From NCBI GenBank assembly GCA_030390025.1, contig CM059431.1, positions 94,118,001-94,182,000 of the forward strand: a stretch of DNA of 64,000 nucleotides. Direction: 5' to 3'. Shown in pieces: positions 11,806-23,480 of this stretch. The notes under the pieces were generated by a model. That model ran no database searches. It saw only the letters and a program-made list of their open reading frames with translations, and had not been told where the DNA came from. This stretch comes from Squalus acanthias (lineage: Eukaryota). A program made the translations under genes and the position numbers. Position 1 is the first letter of the stretch. Each line of letters opens with the position of its first letter.

Positions 11806-13870
11806 ATGGGGAAACTCCTATACGCATTGAACGCTTTGATGCTCGTAATGGTTGGGATTGAACTATATCAGGAATCACAGCAGCTTGGAAACAGCACCAA
11901 TGGAACCATAACCTCACTGGATACAGGGTTTTCTGTTGTAAATGAGATGAATGTAACAATTAAAAATCAAACTATAACATGTTATAATTGGACAGTGAGA
12001 GTAACGGAGCAGAGGGTGCACGAGGGGCAAGGGATTTGTTTAAAATGTTCAAATGAGACCACTCCAAACGGGACGATCCTAGAACTTCGGTTTGCACCGG
12101 GTTAGACCACAAATAACTTGAGATTGAGGAAGGCAAGACAAATCGTAGCTACCCCGTTAATTGATGGGACAAGTTACTTTTGGACAAATTTCTGGTCAAG
12201 TAATCACACAGGAATATATATGTGTGTAAACAGAAATTTCTCCCATGATGATCCTCAAATTAAAAATTGTTATGATAATATTCAATGCCCTGATCAGTCC
12301 AAAGAAGCCATTCAATTAAAGGCGAAAGAGAAACCAGGGCCACCCGATGAAAGGAGTGAAAAGTGCCCCACCCCATTCCTTGCTCCAGTTAACGGATTGG
12401 TGTTGGTTCTGAGTGAGTTGTCAATGTTACATGATGTTGTATTAGATGCGAGGGAGGTTATTATCAATATGTCTAGTCTTGCCTTGCCAACATGGTACAG
12501 TGAACACACTAGAAACTGGTTAAGAGATAAAAAAGTGCAGTTAATAAAAACCTTTTGGAAGGAAAGTAGTGATCAGGTCCCGAAATCATTGGTACAGAGG
12601 AGAAAGCTCAGTGTGCTTAATAATATAGCAACAATGTGGAATAGGATTGGTAAATACAGGGGATATTGTGAGCCTGAACTATCAATTGGGAAAATTGAGA
12701 GAAAAGGTACAGCAGGCATTAAGAAACCAGAATAGCATAGGTAAAGTACAATTAGAAGCAGAATTGACCTTGATAATTCACATGCAAGGGTTGGTCAAAT
12801 TGTTGGAAAATCAGGCACAGGCCATAAACAATTTGACAAGGGAGGATAGAAACGCCTCTGATCAGGCAGCACGAAATGATGCATGCACGATGATGAGTTC
12901 TTGGATTCTACAGGACATAGGGAGGAATTTGAATAGAATAGCTGAGGGAAGGGTTCCAATTTGGATGGAAGATAAACACCTTAAGGCAGCGGAAAGGTAT
13001 CAGTCAAACTTGACAGTGTGTCAGTTGCAGTGTCTTCATTGTGGTACGTGTCGTGCCACATGAATGTAATCAGACTAACGATGATAGTTTGATAGGAATC
13101 ATATTAAGCATGCCCGTAATGTCCAAACCTTGGGCACCACTGCAGGTGTATAAGGTAGCCAATATGGGTTTCCTGAAAGAAGGTGTTTTAGATAAATATA
13201 CATCATTGCCTGGATATGTTGTTAAATATAACCAATCTCTCTATGAGGTAAAATTACAGCTATGTAAGACCCAAGGAAGAACCACCATGTGTATGTATAA
13301 TGTCTTGGACGATGAAGAGCCGTTATGCGGATTTAACTTGACAAGGATGTCTAAGTATCAGTGTCAGGTCACTGCTGTAAGGTCGAAACAATATACCACC
13401 ATTGTTTATAAGGAACAGGGGGTATTGTTGGACCACCACAGAAACAAAGTATAAATATGGGCAAAAGAATGCTACAATATGTCTGGTATCTAACAGTACT
13501 ATGTGTATTAAACCTAAAAGGATGGTAAAAATCAGGAACAGGACTATTCTGCCTTTAATGGATCAGAATCCAATGCATGTTAAGGCATCAACCGGGGTAG
13601 ACGATTTGGAGAAATACGTGTCCATTTTTGGATATGGGTTACCTTGGATAAATTAAAATCTCACTGAGTTTGTGAAACAGATTGGAGAAGTGGGAAGGAC
13701 ATTCTCAGTATTAATGCCAGAATAATAACCTCGTTAATGAACGAGGCGACTTCTTGGTGGGATTTGAGATATAATCGTATAGACTTAGCTCCGTGGGTAA
13801 GACTGTACTCACAAGCTCTGCTATGGTTACAGCTAATGTGTGTGATTGTGCTTATGTGGGAATGTGGGCA
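11806..13870 (+). pseudogene. env: env-like class I fusion glycoprotein gene, fragmented
   Basis: N-terminal hydrophobic signal (MGKLLYALNALMLVMVGI), many NxS/T sequons, degenerate furin site QRRKL/S (~12595-12612), fusion-peptide-like GIGLVNTGDI, heptad repeat, Cys-rich region, C-terminal TM-like ALLWLQLMCVIVLMW. Confidence 0.75.
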
Positions 13871-14064
13871 AGACATAAACAAAGAGAGAACAAGTGAAGA
13901 CAATTTAAACGTACGAGGGAATTGTTCCGGGATCAGCTTTAATAATGTGAAATGGGGGTATAGATATTGTATTATAGGGGATAAAAGGGGACTATGTCCG
14001 ATCGGAATACATACTGCTCCAACTCTGGTGAAATGTCTGCACATGAATAAACATGAGAGACATT

Positions 14065-14074
14065 GAAGGGAGGA
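14065..14074 (+). promoter_or_regulatory. Polypurine tract
   Basis: GAAGGGAGGA, one base before the 3' LTR start TGTAA. Confidence 0.75.
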
Positions 14075-14075
14075 C

Positions 14076-14858
14076 TGTAAGATTCTAAAAACTGTAATAA
14101 AACCGCTGCTACCATGTGGAGATCAAAGTTCAGAATGAATTGTGAAATGGTTATGGAATACTCAGAAGTCAGCATGTTCCTTTGTTTGTGAAGACACAAA
14201 ATGGCAGAAGTCAGCAGGGGGTCCTTTGCCTGGTGGTCAGCATGGTCCTTTGTGTGTAAGACCACATGGACAGGAAGGAGAAACATGAGTGATGAGGAAG
14301 TCCCATCCCCACACACATCACAGGAACATGAAAGTGTCATGCAGAAGGAACTCCAATCAAGGAAGGTTTGGAGTGAAACTGACCTATCAGAGGGAGGCAG
14401 ACAGTGATATACGAGGGGGGCCGGCAGAAAGGCCCTATAAAAGAATTGACCCAAAGGCGGGAAATTCAGAACAAAGAAAGAAGAACGGATGAACAGATGA
14501 ACAAAGAAAGCTGGCCAGTCTATGTTTCGACTTACGACTTTTCCTGGACCGATCACCCAGAGATTAAGGAGTATGTATAAAAGTTGGACATAAGAGCTTA
14601 GATATTGTTAAAGGGTAGTTTTATGTACAGTTGACTTGGGATATAAATCATCAGAAGGTAGGGTATATGTTGCTGGGGTGTACTTTTATGTACGGTAAAT
14701 TGGAAGCATATTGATTGCGAGAGAATGCTTCTATGTACACTTGAATTTTGAACTATAGTGTTAATAAAGACCAATTTTATTGATCACATATTTATCTGTC
14801 ATTGTTACGCTTATTCATAATTCTCGAAGTCCAAACAATAGTAAGAGAAGGGCTTACA
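14076..14858 (+). repeat. 3' LTR (783 bp)
   Basis: Follows the PPT; TGTAA...TTACA termini; AATAAA at ~14763; 3' half matches the 5' LTR. Confidence 0.88.
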
Positions 14859-16146
14859 GGCCCCGATGTACTCAAGTGGAGGGAGAAAGCCTAGTGTAGG
14901 CCTCTTCTCTCTCCATTTGGGTTCAACCTACTTACTTTAGTCCTCAGTTGGTCAAGGCCTAAAAGTGAATGTTCCCTTCTCCTCTTTGGGGCTCTTCTGC
15001 CTCTTTAATTCGCAGGCCACCTCTTCTGGTACTGCACCAGCAGTCCTGCTCCAGCACCACTGGGATATTCCATCATTAGCAGTGACAGGCTCCCTCTTGT
15101 GGTGGTGGTCTTGCCTGGAGACCACCTTATATGCAAAATAAGCCCTGGCCCAAGGAAATGGATTAGTGTTGTAGTGGTGTGAAGGCGGCAAGCGGAAGTC
15201 CTGCCCTGTCCCACCATGATATCACTACAAAGAGGAAAATACAACACAAGTCATGACAACAACCCAACAAGTTCTTCTTTCTTTAAATACTTTCTTTTTG
15301 CCAATCATCTCCCCTGTCTCTAATATGCCTGGGGATAGTTCGACAAGTTCAAACTTCCAGGGGTCTCGCCCAAGAGGCTGCTGTTTGTGAGCCAAAAATA
15401 AAACCCACGCCAACGATCAAACCGAGCGATGGCAAACTACGGCTGTTTCAGCTTTGTCACAAAATAACTAAACAAACAACTTCATCACAATTTTAAAAAA
15501 ATTACAAGTCTGAGTTTATTTTGGACTTAGAAGGTCATCACTCCTTTGTGTATGTGGATTCTCTGGAGTGGGGAAAGTTTTTGAGGATGCGCTGTGTTGT
15601 GGAGTAATTTGAAATACTCAACACAAGTCTGATATCGAGAGTCCAAGCATTCTTTATTCGCACGCGTGGGGAGACAGCCTGCTTCTGTCTAGGCCAAGCT
15701 TCTCCCAATTGTTCCAGCAGTGGTCAGATATTTATACATCCAAATGATGCGTTATACATCGTTCCCGCCTCTTTTCTAGGACATTCTGGGGGAAAAATTA
15801 GGTCGCGCCCCATTTGGGGCGCAAATATCGTCTGGACGCAAATATTAGCGCCTGGCGCTAATTATCGCCACTGACTGGAAACTTCACTTTTACCGCCCCG
15901 GGAGGTGAGTGGAGCGCTAAATCAGGCGCTGCACACCTGTCTTAAGGCGCAAAGGCCGAGCAGTGAGGCGCTAACTCAGCGCGCGAGCGCAGCGCAGCTG
16001 CTGCCAGTTAGCGAGGGAACACAGACACACTGGCGCCGGCCACTTCTTAAAGCGGGGGGGGGCCACTTGCTCCCCAGCCACACCCTGCTCATTGCAGCCT
16101 TGAATCTCGGCCTGGAGAGACCTGTGAATCCATTTTGCTGCCAAGG

Positions 16147-18020
16147 ATGGAGAGGGTGAGAGAACGAGCTCATCGCTTCACCAAGCGGGCCTTTGATGCA
16201 CTGGTTGGCGCGGTGGAGCGCAGAAGATGTATACTCTTCCCTGAGAGTGGCAGGAGGCCTTTGCCACGCGAGTTCAGAAAAGTGTGGAGGGAGGTGGCTC
16301 AGAGCGTCTCCTCCAGGAGCATGGTGCCCAGGACCCATACTCAATGCCGCAAAAAGTTCAACGACCTCACTCGGGTCGTCAGGGTGAGTGGCTTTTTCTC
16401 ATTACCTCTCCATCCCTCCATCTCAACCTCACTCTATGGCCAGAGGGTCTTAAAACCCCAATGCACAACACTCATCCAACACCTATGGCCCTTTCATGAA
16501 ACACACACACACATTCCACACTTTGCATACAGTAAGGGCTATTCACCTATGGGAGGCACATCAGGCAAGACCATGGCTGCATACAGTAAGGGCTATTCAC
16601 CTATGGGAGGCACATCAGGCAAGACCATGGCTGCATACAGTAAGGGCTATTCACCTATGGGAGGCACATCAGGCAAGACCATGGCTGTATATTTACTCAG
16701 ATGCTGTCCTTTTTCTTATAGGCCAAGCTGGCGCATAATCGGAGACAGCAGCAATGGACAGGTGGAGGGCGGCCTCAGCTGCAACCCCTCAGCGATCTTG
16801 AGGAGCGCGTCCACAGGATTGTGGCAAGCCGGGTGATCGGTCCCGTTGCCACTGGAGACGCCGACCCCGTTCTGGACAGCAATGGTAAGGTCATCACCTT
16901 TTTGTCCTCTGTCCTTCCACTTGTCCCTCACAACACCAGCCTTTGACACTTTCAATCCAACTTGCTAACTCGCTGCACTTATTCCTCCCTTACTGCCACC
17001 CTGTCCTCACGCTAAAGCCACTCTTGTACCTCCCTGCTTTCAGATGGTGATTCACCAGCTGAGGAGACGGGCCCTGAAGCTGCCACTGGGAGTGAAGCTG
17101 CAGCCGAGGAGGAAGAGGAAGCCGGAGCATCAGTGCCACCCTCTCCCGAGGAAGTCCATGCCCACACTGGGAACACGCCTTCCCTGGAGGGGAGCAGGGG
17201 GGAAGGGTCTGATGAGGGTGAAGCTCCAGGACCCAGCGGGCTGCAGCAACGCCATGGGGGTAGGGAAGAACGGGGGCCTTCTCCCCAGAGGGAGAGTATG
17301 CCAGACACACCTACTGCAATGGACGCAGAGGAGGAGCGGCTGATCGCAGAAATGAACACCCAGGCGGTGGGCATGCACACTGAGCTCATGGGTGCAGTGG
17401 GAAGGGTGCCCGAATGCATTGAGTCACTGGCAAGGAGTGTGGAGCACTTCGCTGTAGCACAGGCGGATGCCACACTAACGCTTAGTGCTGCAATTCAGTC
17501 ACTGGCTGCCGTGATCCCATCTCTGACTGCTCTCATGCAGACTCAGATTGAGGCCACGCGAGCACAGACTGCTGCCAACCTCGATGGTTCGTTCACATGT
17601 CCCCGGGGCTCTCACCGCGCCGCAGCAGGCCAGCAATCTGTTCTCCAGCAGATTGCTCCGGATGCTGAAGTGCTGCCCCGTGGGAGTGCCAGTGTGTCGG
17701 GCGAGCAGGGAGTTGCTGTCCTCTCTCACGATGACAGCATTCCTGCTGCCAACACTGTCACTTCTCCACTGCACTTGCCACCGCCTGTAGGACAGACTGC
17801 TGCCGCCCATGCAGAGTTGGTGCAGTCTGCAGCCGGGCCCTCCAGGCCCAGAACTGGTCGAGGCCGTCCTTCAGGGGCATCTGCAGTGTCCGGGTCTGAC
17901 GAGCAGCAGCCTTCCACCAGCTTTGCTGCAGCCACTGAGGTCCCATTACGGAGGAGCAGTAGGGTTAGAAGGGGGGAAGTGCGCAAGGGAAGGAGATCAC
18001 CCTCGAAGGGCAAAAAGTAG
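16147..18020 (+). CDS. Harbinger Myb/SANT-like DNA-binding protein; 3 exons (16147-16383, 16722-16884, 17044-18020), ~458 aa
   Basis: RFT...LV..V..R...LF...W..VA..V....RT..QCRKKFNDL trihelix motif; GT-AG introns join in frame; TGGG motif in exon 2. Confidence 0.85.
16525..16686 (+). repeat. 54-bp tandem repeat x3 in intron 1 of the Myb-like gene
   Basis: GCATACAGTAAGGGCTATTCACCTATGGGAGGCACATCAGGCAAGACCATGGCT, three identical copies. Confidence 0.95.
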
Positions 18021-18332
18021 GAGGTGTGACAAAATGCTGGTCATTTTTTTACTAAAGGTCGAGGTTCATGGTCCAACTTTTGTTTAGTGTTTTGGACATT
18101 ATCTCCAGGTTGTGAGAACCAGTTATGTTATTGACTGTTTTTTTGTGTTTATTTCTATGAGTTTGTCATGAGGAATTGACACACACAGAGTTTGTAAAAT
18201 AAATAAGTTTCTGTATTCAAAATATACATGGTTGGTGGTTGGAATTATTGGTGCCTTGGCCGGCTTAGGGGTTGTGTGCTGGGTTCATTGATGTTGTTAG
18301 CAATGGCAGAAGCCATTTCCACAGCAGAGGCC

Positions 18333-19493
18333 CTAGAAGCGGCTTGCTATTAGCCGTTGACGGACGGCCCTTGCAGTTTCACCATTGTGGGCCGCCCTCC
18401 CGCCTTGGTGCTGCTGCTGATCATCCTCCTCGTCCTCTTCCTCCTCTTCCTCCTCCTCCTCTGGTGGTGCTCCAAGGCCTGGTGGCATTGGCTGGGTCCT
18501 GAGGATTGCCATGTTATGCAACATGCAGCACACAACTACGAAGTTGGATACTCGCTCATGCGAGTACTGCAGGGCTCCTCCAGAATGGTCGAGACAGCAG
18601 AACCGTTGCTTCAGCACGCCGATTGTGCACTCAATTATGTTCCTGGTAGCTTGATGGCTCTCATTGTTCCGCAGCTCAGCAGGGGTGTTGGGCGTACGGA
18701 GCGGTGTCATCAGCCAGGTGCTCAATGCATACCCCTTGTCCCCGAGAAGCCAACCAACTGGCTGATGCGGTGCCTCGAAAAGTTCTGCCACAGTAGTCTG
18801 GCGCAGGATAAAAGCATCGTGGCAGCTGCCAGGATAGTGGGCATTGACAGTGAGTATCAGCTGTCTGTGGTCACAGACCAACTGAACATTCAAGGAATGG
18901 AACCCCTTTCTGTTCCGGAATTCCTCGGCATTCTCATGCGGAGCACGCAAAGCCACATGCGTGCAGTCAATGGCGCCCTGCACCATGGGGAAGCCCGCTA
19001 CCCTCGCAAAGCCCAGAGCGCGGTCACGCTGCTTGTCTGGGGTTATGGGGAAAGAGATGAACTCTCGTCTCCTTTTAAAGAGGGCATTTGTGACCTGCCG
19101 GATGCAGCAATGCACCGCGAACTGGGAGATATTGGCGAGGTCCCCAGCAGCAGCTTGAAATGAGCCAGTAGCGTAGAAGTTGAGAGCCACTGTGACCTTC
19201 ACTGCCACCGACAGAGACGTCCTGGACCTCAGTTGAGGCTGCAGATCTGGCTGCAGCAGGTGGCAGAGCTCAGTGACCACCTCCTTGCTGAATCGCAGCC
19301 TTCGCAAACACAGCTCCTCAGACATATGAAGGTAGCAGAGCTGTTCACGATATACCCTGGGAGGGTAAGCTCTCCTGTACATACGCCTGTTGGCCCTCCT
19401 CCGTCTGGCCATCATTGCCACTCTCTCTCTGCGCCTCTGTGTCCTCCGATTCAGCTGGAGCAGGACGACGCCCCCAATCAGTGCAGCCCCCAT
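18333..19493 (-). CDS. Harbinger DDE transposase (HARBI1-like), 386 aa, open ORF
   Basis: [40 protein letters not shown] and IIECTIGVLKQRF motifs. Confidence 0.95.
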   Translation of the reverse strand: MGAALIGGVVLLQLNRRTQRRRERVAMMARRRRANRRMYRRAYPPRVYREQLCYLHMSEELCLRRLRFSKEVVTELCHLLQPDLQPQLRSRTSLSVAVKVTVALNFYATGSFQAAAGDLANISQFAVHCCIRQVTNALFKRRREFISFPITPDKQRDRALGFARVAGFPMVQGAIDCTHVALRAPHENAEEFRNRKGFHSLNVQLVCDHRQLILTVNAHYPGSCHDAFILRQTTVAELFEAPHQPVGWLLGDKGYALSTWLMTPLRTPNTPAELRNNESHQATRNIIECTIGVLKQRFCCLDHSGGALQYSHERVSNFVVVCCMLHNMAILRTQPMPPGLGAPPEEEEEEEEEDEEDDQQQHQGGRAAHNGETARAVRQRLIASRF

Positions 19494-19596
19494 AGTCTCT
19501 TTGCAAGCAAAGTAATGAAGGACAGCAACTAAAGTACTAGCGAAGTTAGGATCAGTAGGCAAAACTACCTCACAAAGCGTTGAGTCAATGCAGAAG

Positions 19597-19636
<40 letters not shown>

Positions 19637-20504
19637 AACGAGTGGTGCAAAAATGTCCACCACAGAATAAGACAGGAAGAGGTCCCCTTTAAATAGCGCC
19701 CCCCCCAGCCCCACAGCGATTGATAGCGTTCCAGTCTTCCGGTCGTTGGATGCGCCAGGCGGTAAGGCAGGGGGCGCCACTCAATTTCCGCTCCGGGGCA
19801 CCACAAGGGCGTTGCACCATGGAATGACATCACAATCTGTGCGCGCAGGTGGTCGCAGCGGTAAGGTTTAGCGCCGCCGCACAATCTCTAGTGAAGTTCC
19901 CGAGCGGCGCAAACATCGCTGCGCCCGGGCGTTAGCGGCTTTGCGCCCCATTAGCGCCCTCTTAAGGCGCTAACGGGAGGCGCAACCAACTGAATTTTTA
20001 CCCCTCTATGTTACAACGTCATTTGTCCCAGTTCCTGTTAATACCAGGTGGCGCACCCTTGCCCTAATTTTGAGAATTGGTAACTCCATGTCTATTGTGG
20101 CCCGACTCATTGTCAGCTGCCTAAGTCATGTGGTTCCTATTGCGGTTCTCCGTCTGCACAGATACATTATCTTGCAACAACAGCTCTTTTGCCACGTCTG
20201 TTAACCAGAACATTTTTAGTTTCTTGCAGCGTTTGCAATCCTGTGGTTACGTCCCGTGATTATGTCTGGCAATGTTGCACCCTGCTCTCCTTGACCATTG
20301 TCTGTATAGAACCAAGCCCCCGTCGCACAACACTACTCTACACTAACTTTACTTTTCCCCTTTCACGCTGGCTCAAGTCAACTTCACTCACTGCCCACAT
20401 ATATGGGAAATACGTAGGTTGGCGGGGTTTCCTATCACCAGTTAGTTCTTGGACAATTTTCCTCTTTGTGTCAGCTTGTCTCCATCAGTGGCACTATTAC
20501 TTGT

Positions 20505-20987
20505 AGCTTAGAAGGTCATTATTTCAAGCCCCACTTAAAATACTTGAACACACAATCTTGGCTGGCATTTCTGTGCAGAATTTAGGGAGTGCTACAGTGC
20601 CGTCTTTTAGATGAAATGTTAAACTGAGGTTCTGTCTGCCTGTTCAGGTGGATGTTAAAGATCCCATGGCACTTTTTGAAGAAGTGCTTAATGATCTCCC
20701 AGTGTCATGACCAACATTCTTTCCTCAACCAACATCGCCAAAAATGCATAGTGGGGCCTTGCTGTACACAAAATGGCTGCCGTATTTGCCTCCATAACAA
20801 CATCGACTGCACTTCAAAAGATCATTTGTTGGGTATGACGCACTTTGGGATGGTGCATCCTCAAAATATTTCCCCACTCCAAAGAATCCGTGCACACGAA
20901 AGAGTGATGACCTTCTATGTCCACAAAAATCACAGACCTGTAATTCTATTGTGATAAAGTGCTGTCAAAATGCAATGTTCTTTCTTT
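20505..20987 (+). mobile_element. Deu-domain SINE (SacSINE1/AmnSINE-like), decayed
   Basis: GCCGTCTTTTAGATGAAATGTTAAACTGAGG...CAGGTGGATGTTAAAGATCCCATGGCACT core recognised from memory; tail AAATGCAATGTTCTTTCTT. Confidence 0.7.
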
Positions 20988-21292
20988 GAATAATGTTTTT
21001 GGGGAATGAATCCCACTGTGGCCCATGATTCAGTCACCTGCCATCATATTATCAGGCCCATTATATTCCACAGTATCTGAACATTACTTATAACTGGACT
21101 TATTTCACCAGCTCCACTTCATAAACAGTTAAGAAATACAATTTGAACCAAATGAATATCTCTGTTTCACACATAAGGCATCAAAAATTACTATTACGAT
21201 AGCAAATTACTGCAGATGCTGGAAATCCAAAAAAACAACAGAAAACGCTGGAAAAACTCAGCAGGCCAGGCAGCGTCCGTGGAGAGAGAAAC

Positions 21293-21332
21293 AGAGTTAA
21301 CGTTTCAGGTCGAAGACCTTTCGTCAGAACTG
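21293..21332 (-). ncRNA. Minimal hammerhead ribozyme (inverted copy)
   Basis: Reverse complement of 23441-23480. Confidence 0.8.
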
Positions 21333-21873
21333 GAAAAAAGCAGGAAATTAAATAGATTTAAAGCAAGGATAAAGCTGGAAAAAGGGAGAAGGGATGAAAG
21401 AACAAAAGGTGAGATTAAGAGACATTGAGAGACATTAAGAGATGATCAAGGCAAGAGGTTGTGTTAATGTGACAGGTTGAGGCTAAAAGAAGTGTGAAAT
21501 GCACTGGCAGAATGAAGGACAGCTGCCAGCTTCTGGGAGGGAAAAAAAAGAGGGGGCCAAACAAAAGGGTGGATGAAAAAATAAAATATAAATGTGATTG
21601 GGGCCGAGGTTATGATCTAAAATTGTTGAACTCGATGTTGAGTCCAGAGGGCTGTAGGGTGCCTAAACGAAAGATGAGGTGCTGTTCCTCGAGCTTACGC
21701 TGAGCTTCCGTGGAACAGTGTAATAGGCCGAGGACAGTGAGGTCAGAGTGGGAGTGGAGCAGAGAATTAAAGTGACAGGCCACCGGGAGCTCGGGGTCCC
21801 CCTTACGGACTGAACGGAGATGTTCCGCAAAGCAGTCACCCAATCTGCGTTTGGTCTCCCCAATATAGAGGAG

Positions 21874-23160
21874 GCCCAACCAGTCCCCATCCACCACCAC
21901 CCTCCTCCGCCTGGCTGAACTTGTTCTCACATTGAACAACTTCTCCTTTGACTCCACCCATTTCCTCCAAATCAAAGGTGTTGCTATGGGTACCCGCATG
22001 GGTCCTAGCTATGCCTGCCTTTTCATGGGATATGTGGAACACTCTTTGTTCCAGTCCTACTCGGGTCCCCTCCCTCACCTCTTTTTCCGGTACATTGATG
22101 ATTGTATTGGTGCCGTCTCCTGCTCTCGCCCTGAACTAGAACATTTCATTCACTATGCTTCCAATTTCCACCCTTCCCTCACCTTCACATGGTCCATCTC
22201 CAACTCTTCCCTTCCCTTCCTCGACTTCTCCGTCTCCATCTCTGGGGATAGGTTATTGACAAACATTCACTACAAGCCCACTGACTCCCACAGCTACCTG
22301 GACTACACTTCCTCCCACCCCACCTCCTGTAAGGACTCTATTCCATTCTCCCAGTTTCTCCGTCTACGCCGCATCTGCTCTGACGATGCCACCTTCCATA
22401 CCAGTGCTTCCGACATGTCTTCCTTTTACCTCAACCGAGGATTCCCCTCTACTGTGGTCGACACGGCCCTCGACCGTGTCCGTTCTATCTCCCGCACTTC
22501 TGCCCTCACCCCTGCCCCTCCCTCCCGGAACCACGATAGAGTTCCCCTTGTCCTCACCTTTCACCCCACCAGCCTCCACATTCAACGGATCATCCTCCGC
22601 CATTTCCGCCACCTCCAGCGTGATCCCACCACCAAACGCATCTTCCCCTCACCTCCCTTTCAGCATTCCGCAGGGACCGCTCCCTCCGCGACACCCTAGT
22701 CCACTCCTCTACCACCCCCAGCACCCCTTCCCCTTCGCCCGGCACCTTCCCGTGCAAGCGCAGGAGATGCAACACATGCCCTTATACCTCCCCTCTTCCC
22801 ACTTTCCAAGGCCCCAAACACCCCTTCCAGGTGAAACAGCGATTTACTTGTACTTCCTGCAATTTAGTATACTGTATTCGCTGCTCACGATGTGGTCTCC
22901 TATACATTGGGGAGACCAAACGCAGATTGGGTGACCGCTTTGCGGAACACCTCCGTTCAGTCCGTAAGGGGGACCCCGAGCTCCCGGTGGCCTGTCACTT
23001 TAATTCTCCGCTCCACTCCCACTCTGACCTCACCGTCCTCGGCCTATTACACTGTTCCACGGAAGCTCAGCGTAAGCTCGAGGAACAGCACCTCATCTTT
23101 CGTTTAGGCACCCTACAGCCCTGTGGACTCAATATCGATTTCAACAATTTTAGATCATAA
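21874..23160 (+). pseudogene. Penelope RT (C-terminal part) plus GIY-YIG endonuclease; one frameshift near 22655
   Basis: QIKGVAMGTRMGPSYACLFM, FRYIDD, LPFLD, YKPTD; LVYCIRC..C...YIGETKR.L..RFAEH...GLN. Confidence 0.92.
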
Positions 23161-23440
23161 CCTCAGCCCCGATCACATTTATATTTTATTTTTTTCATCC
23201 ACCCTTTTGTTTGGCCCCCCCCCATTTTTTTCCCTCCCAGAAGCTGGCAGCTGTCCTTCATTCTGCCAGTGCATTTCACTCTTCTTTTAGCCTCAACCTG
23301 TCACATTAACACCACCTCTTGCCTTGATCATCTCTTAATGTCTCTCAATGTCTCTTAATCTCTCCTTTTGTTCTTTCACCCCCTCCCCCTTTTCCCAGCT
23401 TTATCCTTGCTTTAAATCTATTTAATTTCCTGCTTTTTTC

Positions 23441-23480
23441 CAGTTCTGACGAAAGGTCTTCGACCTGAAACGTTAACTCT
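23441..23480 (+). ncRNA. Minimal type I hammerhead ribozyme in the Penelope 3' repeat
   Basis: AGTT-CTGACGA-A-AGGTC-TTC-GACCT-GAAAC-GTT-AACT: CUGANGA and GAAA cores, stem II hairpin, palindromic AACGTT stem III, AGTT/AACT stem I. Confidence 0.8.

Larger units (their letters stand above)
8563..14858 (+). mobile_element. Decayed env-bearing LTR provirus (endogenous retrovirus; lokiretrovirus-like candidate)
   Basis: Two TGTAA...TTACA LTRs sharing ~370 bp, PBS, PPT, and gag-like, integrase and env-like ORF remnants in that order. Confidence 0.85.
15788..20004. mobile_element. PIF/Harbinger transposon, full length, copy A (4217 bp)
   Basis: TIR GGGGGAAAAATTAGGT / ACTGAATTTTTACCCC; TSD TCT; convergent Myb-like and transposase genes. 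Confidence 0.96.
15595..20182 (-). mobile_element. Solo LTR (~370 bp: 15595-15787 plus 20008-20182) split by a Harbinger insertion
   Basis: TGTTG...CAACA termini; near-TSD GCTG/GCTC; minus-strand TATAAA (~15731) followed by AATAAA (~15652). Confidence 0.65.

Noticed and set aside
16525..16686. Possible CRISPR-like array
   Set aside because: The units are contiguous tandem repeats with no unique spacers, in a eukaryotic context.
18357..19163. 268-aa antisense ORF over the transposase, also at 34896-35702
   Set aside because: It is a shadow frame of a GC-rich gene, shared only because the copies are near-identical, with no recognisable domain.
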